From: Breznakia sp. PF5-3
Lineage (GTDB): Bacteria; Bacillota_I; Bacilli_A; Erysipelotrichales; Erysipelotrichaceae
DNA length: 32,000 nt
Direction: 5' to 3'
Assembly: GCF_029504745.1 (NCBI RefSeq)
Contig: NZ_JAQFIQ010000010.1
Coordinates: 30,001 to 62,000, forward strand
Shown here: positions 11,061 through 18,951 of the stretch, in pieces
Position numbering within the stretch: position 1 is the first letter of the stretch
How the letters are laid out: each line of letters begins with the position of its first letter
The notes under the pieces: model-generated
Databases searched by the model: none
What the model was told of the DNA's origin: nothing
What the model saw: the letters and a program-made list of their open reading frames with translations, nothing else
Position numbers and translations under genes: made by a program

Positions 11061-12995
11061 TCATATATTATTGATTTCAGAAAAAATTGCATGTAATGTT
11101 TCAAAGTCCGTACTTTTTGAAAACCTAGCAAACAATTTAGGATTTAAAATAAACTTTGCTAACGCCTCATTAAAATGTCGTAAGTCACCAGGTGATTTTT
11201 TACTAGGTGACAAGAAAAAGATACATTTCACTTTTTTCTTTCCCCATATCATAGACTTGCTTAACATCAATACCGCAAAAATAGTTTCCTCTGTACACAT
11301 TTTTACCGGATGAGGAATGGCACTATAATTCCCAAATGCAGTAGATGAAAGTTTTTCCCTTTCCAAAATATTTGTTTTTAACTCTGGAGGGATTGTCATC
11401 TTCTCTTTCAATTTATTTATAATAAATTCAATTGCTTCTTCTTCATTATTCATAGGATCTGCATAGAAAAACAAATCCTTTTTCAAATAATCTTCTATAT
11501 GAAACATATCCATCTTATTATTTAAGAAGAAGGCATCCAACTCTTTATCTTTTAAATCACTTAAAAAATCATCGATATAAATAACTGGTAAATTCGTAGC
11601 TATCGGCTTATTAATCGTCGATATAACACAATCAAAATGCTTCATTGAAATCGTACGCAATTCATGGATCTGACAAGTTAAAATATCATTAATATAATCC
11701 CCGTATTGTTGTCTTAGCTTATAAACTAAAATTCTTGAACTACATACACCCAACCCACAAACAACCAAAATATTTTTGGGTTTTTGAATATATTTCAAGC
11801 GATCTAGTGCTAAAGAAAAATACATTGCCAAATAACTTACTTCATTATCATCTAAGTTATAATTATAATTATCTAATATGATTTTTTTAGCAATTAATCC
11901 CATTTCAAAGGAAGTAGCTTGTTGGCTTTTTACTTCATCAACAAAAGGATTGTTTGATTTTATTCCATATTTTAATCTAGTTAACATCGGTTCAAAGTGC
12001 ATTGCTAGATAATTAAACACTTCTACATCCGATTTTAAATCAATTGCTAATTTCGTATTAATTTCATCAAATATTTCACCAAGAATTTCTTCAATATCCT
12101 TCGCTAGTTGATATTGTTGATTCTTACCCGATAGCGAACGTTTCCCCAATAACTGAATTGCAATATAGATAATCTCTTCTTCTGCATCCAAAATAACAAA
12201 AAACTCTTTCAATTGGGTTACGATTGATTTCGCAATACTATATTCTCTCGTATCCATAATAACCTTTACTTCTTCTTCATCAAACGTTATAAAATAACCT
12301 TTTTCCATTCGATGTACAGATATTAGAATATGATTTACCAAATGTTCTCTGCTTGCATCTGACATTTGTACTTGATAAGTTTGTAAAGTGTTTAATATAA
12401 TCGTTTCAGCATGACGATATTCTTCTTCTGTATATTCAAAATCTTTCAACATAGACGTCTTATCTTGATTCATCATATATTTTGAATAGCATAAACGCAA
12501 ACTCATTTCACTTCCTGCTATCCGAATACCTTTTGACGTTTTATTTTCTATCTCCAATCCAAACCTTTGAACTAAATGTCTAACATTCTTTAAATCTGAT
12601 GAGATGGTTGCATCACTTACATAAAGCTGATCAGCGATATCTGAAATCATTATAAATTGGTCATCTAACCCTAACAATATTTGAATTATAGCAATCTCTC
12701 GTGTTTGTTTTTCATCATTATTAATGCGGAATAACACTTTAAATTGATGGTTTTTAAACTCATCAAATTGATGCTCATCATCAATTACTAACAAGTAGCC
12801 ATATCCTTGTTTTGCTTCAATATGAAAACCACTTTTTCTTATTTCTTTTTGGTCTTGTTCATACATATTAATCGTTCTAGATACTGTCTTCGCACTAATC
12901 CCCAGCTGAGTAGCCAATTCATTTGCAGAACTATAGTCTTGATATTCATAAAGCAGCTGAATTATTTCAATAAATCTTGAACTGAATACCATCAT
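11061..12995 (-). CDS. PRD-domain PTS regulator (LicR/MtlR/ManR-type: HTH, two PRDs, EIIB-like and EIIA-like domains)
   Basis: 644 aa. N-terminal HTH (ANELATQLGISAKTVSRTINMY), EIIB-like Cys segment VVCGLGVCSSRIL, C-terminal EIIA-like segment with His (NYSAIPHP). No AAA+/sigma-54 module is visible. The start may be the second ATG at 12992. Confidence 0.8.
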   Translation of the reverse strand: MMVFSSRFIEIIQLLYEYQDYSSANELATQLGISAKTVSRTINMYEQDQKEIRKSGFHIEAKQGYGYLLVIDDEHQFDEFKNHQFKVLFRINNDEKQTREIAIIQILLGLDDQFIMISDIADQLYVSDATISSDLKNVRHLVQRFGLEIENKTSKGIRIAGSEMSLRLCYSKYMMNQDKTSMLKDFEYTEEEYRHAETIILNTLQTYQVQMSDASREHLVNHILISVHRMEKGYFITFDEEEVKVIMDTREYSIAKSIVTQLKEFFVILDAEEEIIYIAIQLLGKRSLSGKNQQYQLAKDIEEILGEIFDEINTKLAIDLKSDVEVFNYLAMHFEPMLTRLKYGIKSNNPFVDEVKSQQATSFEMGLIAKKIILDNYNYNLDDNEVSYLAMYFSLALDRLKYIQKPKNILVVCGLGVCSSRILVYKLRQQYGDYINDILTCQIHELRTISMKHFDCVISTINKPIATNLPVIYIDDFLSDLKDKELDAFFLNNKMDMFHIEDYLKKDLFFYADPMNNEEEAIEFIINKLKEKMTIPPELKTNILEREKLSSTAFGNYSAIPHPVKMCTEETIFAVLMLSKSMIWGKKKVKCIFFLSPSKKSPGDLRHFNEALAKFILNPKLFARFSKSTDFETLHAIFSEINNI

Positions 12996-13060
12996 AATTC
13001 CTCCTCATTTGTATTATCTATATTATATACTGAACTCTAGAGGAAGCGTATCTAAAAAAA

Positions 13061-13117
13061 GTCTTTATCACTATAGACTTTTTCTAACTTAATCATTTTA
13101 TCTATCTGCACTATAAT
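13061..13117 (+). promoter_or_regulatory. EIIA promoter with the same 18-bp inverted-repeat operator
   Basis: GTCTTTATCACTATAGAC (13061-13078), 10 nt, TTAATC (13089-13094), 17 nt, TATAAT (13112-13117). It lies in the divergent region between the regulator and IIA genes. Confidence 0.55.
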
Positions 13118-13167
13118 TTGAATATACAAAGGAAGACTATATTGTTATCAGAAAGCGAGGAACCAAC

Positions 13168-13482
13168 ATGGAAAACTTAGAACAAATTTGTTTTGAAATA
13201 ATATCAAATGTAGGAAGTGCAAGAAGTATATATATCAATGCCATTCAAGAAGCAAAGCAAGGGGATATGGAGAAAGCTAGGGAGATGATTGAAGAAGGGA
13301 ACAGTGTATTTGTTAAAGGTCATCATGCACATGCAAAACTAGTCCAAAAAGAAGCGGCAGGAGAAAGTACGATTATATCTTTGCTATTGGTTCATGCTGA
13401 AGATCAATTGATGAGTGCGGAGTCTTTTAAAATATTAGCAGTTGAATTCATTGATGTTTATAAAGCAATTGCCTTGAAATAA
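13168..13482 (+). CDS. PTS lactose/cellobiose-family EIIA component
   Basis: 104-aa helical protein with the conserved His region LLLVHAEDQLMSAE typical of this EIIA family. Confidence 0.88.
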   Translation: MENLEQICFEIISNVGSARSIYINAIQEAKQGDMEKAREMIEEGNSVFVKGHHAHAKLVQKEAAGESTIISLLLVHAEDQLMSAESFKILAVEFIDVYKAIALK

Positions 13483-13488
13483 AATCTC

Positions 13489-13526
13489 AAACATACCACA
13501 TAGTTATCTAAGTGGTATGTTTTTTA
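13489..13526 (+). terminator. Intrinsic terminator after EIIA
   Basis: 11-bp stem AAACATACCAC (13489-13499) / GTGGTATGTTT (13512-13522), followed by TTTT. Confidence 0.75.
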
Positions 13527-13642
13527 TTATAGAGTTTCGTATTTCTAATTCTGTACAATATAAATGAAGATTCAATCACCCTTAAATTTACAAATCTCTT
13601 TTTTCACTTTATTCTTAATTTAATTACATATTGAATTCCATA

Positions 13643-13676
13643 AAAAAAGTCACTAAATTTATTAGTAACTTTTTTA
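13643..13676 (-). terminator. Intrinsic terminator at the end of the YfhO-GtrA-GT2-deacetylase operon
   Basis: Imperfect hairpin AAAAAGTCACTAA / TTAGTAACTTTTT with one C/A mismatch. U-runs are present on both strands. It lies directly after the deacetylase stop. Confidence 0.5.
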
Positions 13677-13678
13677 TG

Positions 13679-14332
13679 CTATTTTAAATATGGCACTAGT
13701 TCCTCATATTCAACAATATGATCTAATTTTGATAATGTCTTTTTCTGTGATTCATATACAGCTAATACTTCGCGTTTTTGATTTGCTTCTTGTTTATTTA
13801 ACTTTTTTTGTTTGAAAGCAATATCATCCTTTTTAAAGTATTCACCAAAATAATATAATGTATCTTCTTTATGTAACTCTTTTACTACGTTTGTTACGAT
13901 TTCATTCGTTTTTTTATGTTGGATGTGCCCATATTCACCTTGTGGATTATGCGTTACAATTCTATCCCAATCGCCAGTGATAATAATTTTTTCTACTTCT
14001 TTAGAGATCACTTCCTGTTCCTTTGACCAATTGCTTCGCTCTCCTTTTACTTTATCTGGATAGGATAAGATAACTCCTGTGTTTTTTGTTTTATCCAACA
14101 TGTTTTGAAATTCTGCTTCTCGAAGCTCATTATCACCATTGGTAAGACAGACAATATAATACTCATGGTTGATAAGTTCATTACCACCAAAGAGAACTTC
14201 ATCATCGGGGTGTGCCACAATCATGAGCCTTGTTTTATTTTGATTACTACTGGCTTCATGTTTCATCACTTCGCATCCAAATAGGATAGCTACAAACAAT
14301 AGACTACTTAAAAGCGCTATTGATTTACGCAT
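13679..14332 (-). CDS. PIG-L/LmbE-family de-N-acetylase, predicted exported lipoprotein
   Basis: Metal-site motifs VAHPDDEVLFGG and GEYGHIQHKK (HxxH). The signal peptide MRKSIALLSSLLFVAILFGC carries a lipobox. The ORF track starts at GTG 14344. I prefer the ATG at 14332 because it gives a canonical signal peptide and the same 8-nt ATGnnTAA overlap seen at the two upstream junctions. Confidence 0.8.
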   Translation of the reverse strand: MRKSIALLSSLLFVAILFGCEVMKHEASSNQNKTRLMIVAHPDDEVLFGGNELINHEYYIVCLTNGDNELREAEFQNMLDKTKNTGVILSYPDKVKGERSNWSKEQEVISKEVEKIIITGDWDRIVTHNPQGEYGHIQHKKTNEIVTNVVKELHKEDTLYYFGEYFKKDDIAFKQKKLNKQEANQKREVLAVYESQKKTLSKLDHIVEYEELVPYLK

Positions 14333-15260
14333 GATTTTGATCACTTTCTTTAATTATATAAATAGGACGCTTCTTATTTTCTAAATAATCTTTTGATAAA
14401 TATTGTCCTAGAATGGATATAAAAATCATTTGCAAACTACTCAATACTAGAATAATCTCTAATAAGATAAGAAAATCTTTTATACCATTTTGCATAAGCA
14501 ATTGGGCAATCATAACAACACCCAAAAAGCCAGCAATGAAAAGTAAGAGGATTCCAATAATACCTGCAAGTTTTAAAGGCTTTGTAGAGAAGGAAATAAT
14601 TCCTTCAAAAGCATACGCAAACAGAGATTTTAAATTCCATTTTGTTTCACCAGCAACACGATCTGCATTGTTGAAGGTTACCCACTTTGTATCAAAACCA
14701 ACAAAAGAGAAAATACCTTTCATATAGCGATTATATTCTTTCATTTCCAAAATAGCATCTACTACTTGCCGTGTCATCATTCTAAAATCTCCACTTCCAT
14801 CATTCATATCCATATTGGAAAGACTGCGAATAAGCTTATAAAAAGTTCTTGATAGAAAGTTACGCAATGCTCCTTCGCCTCTACGATCCAATCTTTTTCC
14901 TGCACAACAATCGTACTTCTCTACTTTCAAAGCATGATACATATCTGCTAATAAGGTCGGTGGATGTTGAAGGTCAGCATCCATGATGACACAATAGTCG
15001 CCTGTTACTTTTTGTAATCCAGCAAACATCGCTGCTTCTTTACCAAAGTTTCTTGAAAAAGAATGATAATGACAATCCTTATCCTTCATTGATAATGACT
15101 TTAATATTTGAATTGTGCAATCACTACTTCCATCATCAATAAAAAGCAATTCATAACTCACATTATCAATTTTATTTAATTCTTTTACCGTCTCTTGATA
15201 GAACATTGGTAACGATTCTTCCTCATTATAACAAGGTATAATAACACTGATTTTATCCAT
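14325..15260 (-). CDS. GT2 polyprenyl-phosphate glycosyltransferase (GtrB/CsbB/GtlA-like)
   Basis: 311 aa. Motifs VIIPCYNEE, IDDGSSD and DADLQHPP, plus two C-terminal transmembrane helices. This is the typical architecture of bactoprenol glycosyltransferases. Confidence 0.88.
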   Translation of the reverse strand: MDKISVIIPCYNEEESLPMFYQETVKELNKIDNVSYELLFIDDGSSDCTIQILKSLSMKDKDCHYHSFSRNFGKEAAMFAGLQKVTGDYCVIMDADLQHPPTLLADMYHALKVEKYDCCAGKRLDRRGEGALRNFLSRTFYKLIRSLSNMDMNDGSGDFRMMTRQVVDAILEMKEYNRYMKGIFSFVGFDTKWVTFNNADRVAGETKWNLKSLFAYAFEGIISFSTKPLKLAGIIGILLLFIAGFLGVVMIAQLLMQNGIKDFLILLEIILVLSSLQMIFISILGQYLSKDYLENKKRPIYIIKESDQNHA

Positions 15261-15648
15261 ATGTATTTTCTCCTTTCAAAAATATTTTATTACGACAAAT
15301 CATATAATTACCAAGAATAGTTATTACACTAATACTACATTTTGCAATAATTGGGTTTGCATAGAATAACTGAATAAAGATAAACAACAAGATATTCTCA
15401 ATAAGCAATGTAAGTAATCGTAAAGATGCAAAAGATAAAAATTCTTTTACTACTTTTTCAGATGAACCAAACACCCACAAACGATTGGTGAAGTATGCAG
15501 TTATCACGGCAACCATCCAAGCAACTGTATTCGCCACTAAATAATTTACATGTATTTTATACAACAGATAAAACACAAGATAATTAACTAGGGTTGTTAG
15601 AACGCCATTGATTCCATACTTTAATAATTCTTTTACTTTTTTACTCAT
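15253..15648 (-). CDS. GtrA-family small membrane protein (candidate lipid-linked sugar flippase)
   Basis: 131 aa with four hydrophobic helices. It has the GtrA-like size and context between the YfhO and GT2 genes, with 8-nt overlaps on both sides. Confidence 0.8.
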   Translation of the reverse strand: MSKKVKELLKYGINGVLTTLVNYLVFYLLYKIHVNYLVANTVAWMVAVITAYFTNRLWVFGSSEKVVKEFLSFASLRLLTLLIENILLFIFIQLFYANPIIAKCSISVITILGNYMICRNKIFLKGENTYG

Positions 15649-18100
15649 GTTGATACCTTCTTTCTAAGATATAGATTATGATAAATCCACATAATCCAAT
15701 AATTGATATAAATGCCCCTAATGTTTTTCCTGGTGGAACAAACGTTATTTTAATCTCATGGGTTCCTTTCTCTAATGCAAACCCTACAAATGCTTTGTTG
15801 ACCGTTTCAACAGGCTTTTTTTGACCATCTACATATACTTCATATCCTTTTTGAATAGGGAGTGATGTTACAAAGTAACAATCCTTATCAACTCTAATAT
15901 CGCCTTCTAAAACATGATTAGTCGAAGTCGTTTGCAAAGGTGTAATCACTTGTTTTTCTGGGTGGTAAGGCAATGTATAGGTCTGTATATTTTGTAATTC
16001 ATACGTCCCTTTCCCTAACGTTATATTTAAACTATCCAATTCCTCTTCTGATGATAATACATATGTAAAGTTTGTATTACCATTTGGATAAGCTGCCTTT
16101 TTACTAGATAACTTATTATTTACACCATTGATCGATATAGATAAGTCCTTACTTTTAATATTACTTATATTCTTCACATCAAACGTAATGATTAATATTT
16201 GCTCATGTAAATCGTGATTGATACCAAGTTTTAATTTACTTTTCTTTTTACTATCAATATAGATAGTCCCATCTTCTCTGAAATATTCTAAACAATCACT
16301 TTTCTCTAAAACATTGGTGGTAAGATTAGCTTGCTTAACACCAAATTCATACTTACTATCTCCTCCCTTAACAATTGTCCGATTGTACAATACATCTAAG
16401 GTATAAGGTAGTGAAAGCTTATCAAATGCTTCTTCACTATACAGTGCATCCGTAGCATATGCGATTGGCAATACATTTTTATTTTCTAGAAGTTTAACTC
16501 CATCATTTTCATATACAACTTCATATCCCTTTGGAATATACTTCTTATTTGTATAAAGATAACGAACTCCCATCTTCTCTTGAAACACAATGTTTTGTTG
16601 CAAGGATGTTATGACTCGATTTTTTGTGGGAATTGCATTCTTTGCAATATCATAAAAGAATGTATTATAAGCTTGATTGTTCATTGATGTATACATCGTA
16701 GTTCGTTTCATACCCGACAATGCAAGATTTACATTATTGAGTTGATAGCGAACATCATCAAATCGATAATTTTGATTTAGATGTAGATCTTTTAACTTTT
16801 CATCCGCTTTTATCATCATGACTTCATCATACTTTTGCTTTGAAACATAATTTTCTGAATGATTGTTCCAATAACTATTCACGAAGGGAACAAGTAAAAT
16901 CAACAAGTATACCATTCTTTTCTTTGTCTTCATATACAAGATGATTGTGATATAAATAAGCACAAGTTCGACTATCCATACCACCAGAAAACGGAAATTA
17001 AGCAAAGGAAGAAGCGCGATTCCAAGAGCTGGATACATCCATGTTTTGCCATCCCTCTTTATATGTTGCAGCACATATGCTGTAACATATAAAACAAGGG
17101 GAATGAAAGGAATAAACACTTTTTCTCTTATATATAACGTTCCATTTAATACATAACAGATAAGGCCAAACAACATACATATAAGTAAGCTTATGGATAA
17201 ACCTCTTATCTTTTTATCACGTAACCCAAAACTTAAAGCAATCCATGATATCAGACTCAAACCCATTCCATATTTATAGTAAAGAAAATTTTTAAGTTGG
17301 ATATTGGGAAGCAAGAGTCGCATATCAAATCCATTACTTCCTCCTCGTGCTCCTGCCAATAAAACATAGGCCGTTGGCAACAATAAAATTCCACATATCA
17401 TAAAGGCTACAAGGAAGATAAATACAAAGTTTAAGATTAATTTTTTTCCTTGCTTTGATAAAAGTTTTATATGTCGTAGTTTCATGTTATAAAAGATATA
17501 AATCATGAGTACAAAACTACAACTAACACTGAAGAAAAAGCTATGTAAAATAATTAAGACAATACTAATTATGAAAGGAAGTTTTGATTTTCCATTGAAT
17601 ATTCGATCAATAAAAATAAATGATAAAATAAGATATGGCATATAATTCACAAACATAATTTGTCTATGTAAATGAAAGAAGAAAGATGAAAAAGCAAACA
17701 ACATCGTACATAGAAACGCTATCACTGTATCGATATCTTTCTGCTTTAACCAATAATACAAAAGATTTAGACTAACAATAAAAGAAATCATCATATATAC
17801 AATTATTACATCCTTCATAGCTACCATTGGTAATAGCAATGAAATTAAGACATCTGGACGAAATAAACCATAATATGAAAATGCATATACATTTTGTCCT
17901 CCACCAAGTGCATCCACAAAGTTAGGAAATAAACCTTGTTCATACATCGTTGTACGAAGTGTATCAGCTATTTGCACATGTTGTGATAACCAATCGGTAT
18001 TGGAACCAAACATATAACCATTAGGGACATATAATATAATCATCAAGATTGCAATTCCACTAATGAATAAATATGGATATATATTTTTCTTATCTTTCAT
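15641..18100 (-). CDS. YfhO-family polytopic membrane glycosyltransferase (GT-C-like)
   Basis: 819 aa. The first ~400 aa are multi-spanning, followed by a ~380-aa soluble (extracytoplasmic) region and a final C-terminal TM (AFISIIGLCGFIIIYIL). GGAGGAG RBS. Confidence 0.8.
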   Translation of the reverse strand: MKDKKNIYPYLFISGIAILMIILYVPNGYMFGSNTDWLSQHVQIADTLRTTMYEQGLFPNFVDALGGGQNVYAFSYYGLFRPDVLISLLLPMVAMKDVIIVYMMISFIVSLNLLYYWLKQKDIDTVIAFLCTMLFAFSSFFFHLHRQIMFVNYMPYLILSFIFIDRIFNGKSKLPFIISIVLIILHSFFFSVSCSFVLMIYIFYNMKLRHIKLLSKQGKKLILNFVFIFLVAFMICGILLLPTAYVLLAGARGGSNGFDMRLLLPNIQLKNFLYYKYGMGLSLISWIALSFGLRDKKIRGLSISLLICMLFGLICYVLNGTLYIREKVFIPFIPLVLYVTAYVLQHIKRDGKTWMYPALGIALLPLLNFRFLVVWIVELVLIYITIILYMKTKKRMVYLLILLVPFVNSYWNNHSENYVSKQKYDEVMMIKADEKLKDLHLNQNYRFDDVRYQLNNVNLALSGMKRTTMYTSMNNQAYNTFFYDIAKNAIPTKNRVITSLQQNIVFQEKMGVRYLYTNKKYIPKGYEVVYENDGVKLLENKNVLPIAYATDALYSEEAFDKLSLPYTLDVLYNRTIVKGGDSKYEFGVKQANLTTNVLEKSDCLEYFREDGTIYIDSKKKSKLKLGINHDLHEQILIITFDVKNISNIKSKDLSISINGVNNKLSSKKAAYPNGNTNFTYVLSSEEELDSLNITLGKGTYELQNIQTYTLPYHPEKQVITPLQTTSTNHVLEGDIRVDKDCYFVTSLPIQKGYEVYVDGQKKPVETVNKAFVGFALEKGTHEIKITFVPPGKTLGAFISIIGLCGFIIIYILERRYQHE

Positions 18101-18131
18101 CGTTCTCCTCCGTACGATATTATTTTGTCAT

Positions 18132-18219
18132 AGATTTCTTAAGTCCCGCATAAAGGAAACCTTAAGAAATCTTAAGTTTTTCTTAATATTATCCATAACC
18201 CCTTATCTTATTGTATAAT
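18132..18219. promoter_or_regulatory. Divergent control region with a CTTAAG repeat array and the TCS promoter
   Basis: 12-nt perfect inverted repeat AGATTTCTTAAG (18132-18143) / CTTAAGAAATCT (18161-18172). Three tandem boxes follow: CTTAAG 18161, CTTAAG 18171 and CTTAAT 18182, spaced 10-11 bp. An extended -10 TGTATAAT lies at 18212-18219 with no good -35. Confidence 0.5.
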
Positions 18220-18252
18220 TTATGTAGATTTAAATAGAGATGAGAGGTATCT

Positions 18253-18951
18253 GTGGAAAAAACAAAAATCTTAATTGCCGATGATAATAGCGAAATAAGA
18301 GAAGTCATTTCTGTTCTTCTTAGTAGTGAAGGCTATGAAGTAATCGAAGCTAAAAACGGAGAAGAAGCAATCGAAAAAGCGAATGAAGATATTGATCTAT
18401 TCATTTTGGATATTATGATGCCAAAAGTAAATGGATATCAAGCATGTATTGGAATTCGTAAAAAAAGTCATGCTCCAGTTTTATTTCTCAGTGCCAAAGG
18501 TGCTGAAAGCGATAAAACATTGGGATTCTCTTCTGGTGCAGATGACTACCTGACAAAACCATTCTCTTACAATGAGCTTACTGCTAGAGTAAAAGCAATG
18601 CTCCGTCGCTATCATATATATAAGGGAAAAGAGGCGTTACAAGAAGAAAAGAGTATTCTAAAATTTACTTCTCTAACCATCGATGAAATAAATGAGAAAG
18701 TTTTTATTGATAACACAGAAATTGAACTAACTGATATCGAATATCAAATTCTTCATTTATTGGCAACTCATCGCCAACAAATCTTTTCATTAGAAAAACT
18801 ATATGAAACCATTTGGAATGAAGATTACTACTATACTGCAAATAATACTGTAATGGTCCATATGCGTAACTTACGTAAAAAAATTGAAAAGGATCCTCAA
18901 AATCCTAAGATTATAAAAACTATATGGGGAAAGGGGTATCGCTTTGAATAA
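18253..18951 (+). CDS. OmpR/PhoB-family response regulator
   Basis: 232 aa with a GTG start after a GAGAGG RBS. Receiver motifs ADDN, FILDIMMP (phospho-Asp), SAKG and LTKPF. C-terminal winged helix ending IWGKGYRF. Confidence 0.92.
   Translation: MEKTKILIADDNSEIREVISVLLSSEGYEVIEAKNGEEAIEKANEDIDLFILDIMMPKVNGYQACIGIRKKSHAPVLFLSAKGAESDKTLGFSSGADDYLTKPFSYNELTARVKAMLRRYHIYKGKEALQEEKSILKFTSLTIDEINEKVFIDNTEIELTDIEYQILHLLATHRQQIFSLEKLYETIWNEDYYYTANNTVMVHMRNLRKKIEKDPQNPKIIKTIWGKGYRFE

Noticed and set aside
11061-12995. Sigma-54/LevR-type regulation of the PTS operon
   Set aside because: The regulator has no AAA+ (GAFTGA) module, and no TGGCAC-N5-TTGCA element is present upstream of either PTS promoter. 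The sigma-A activator model fits better.
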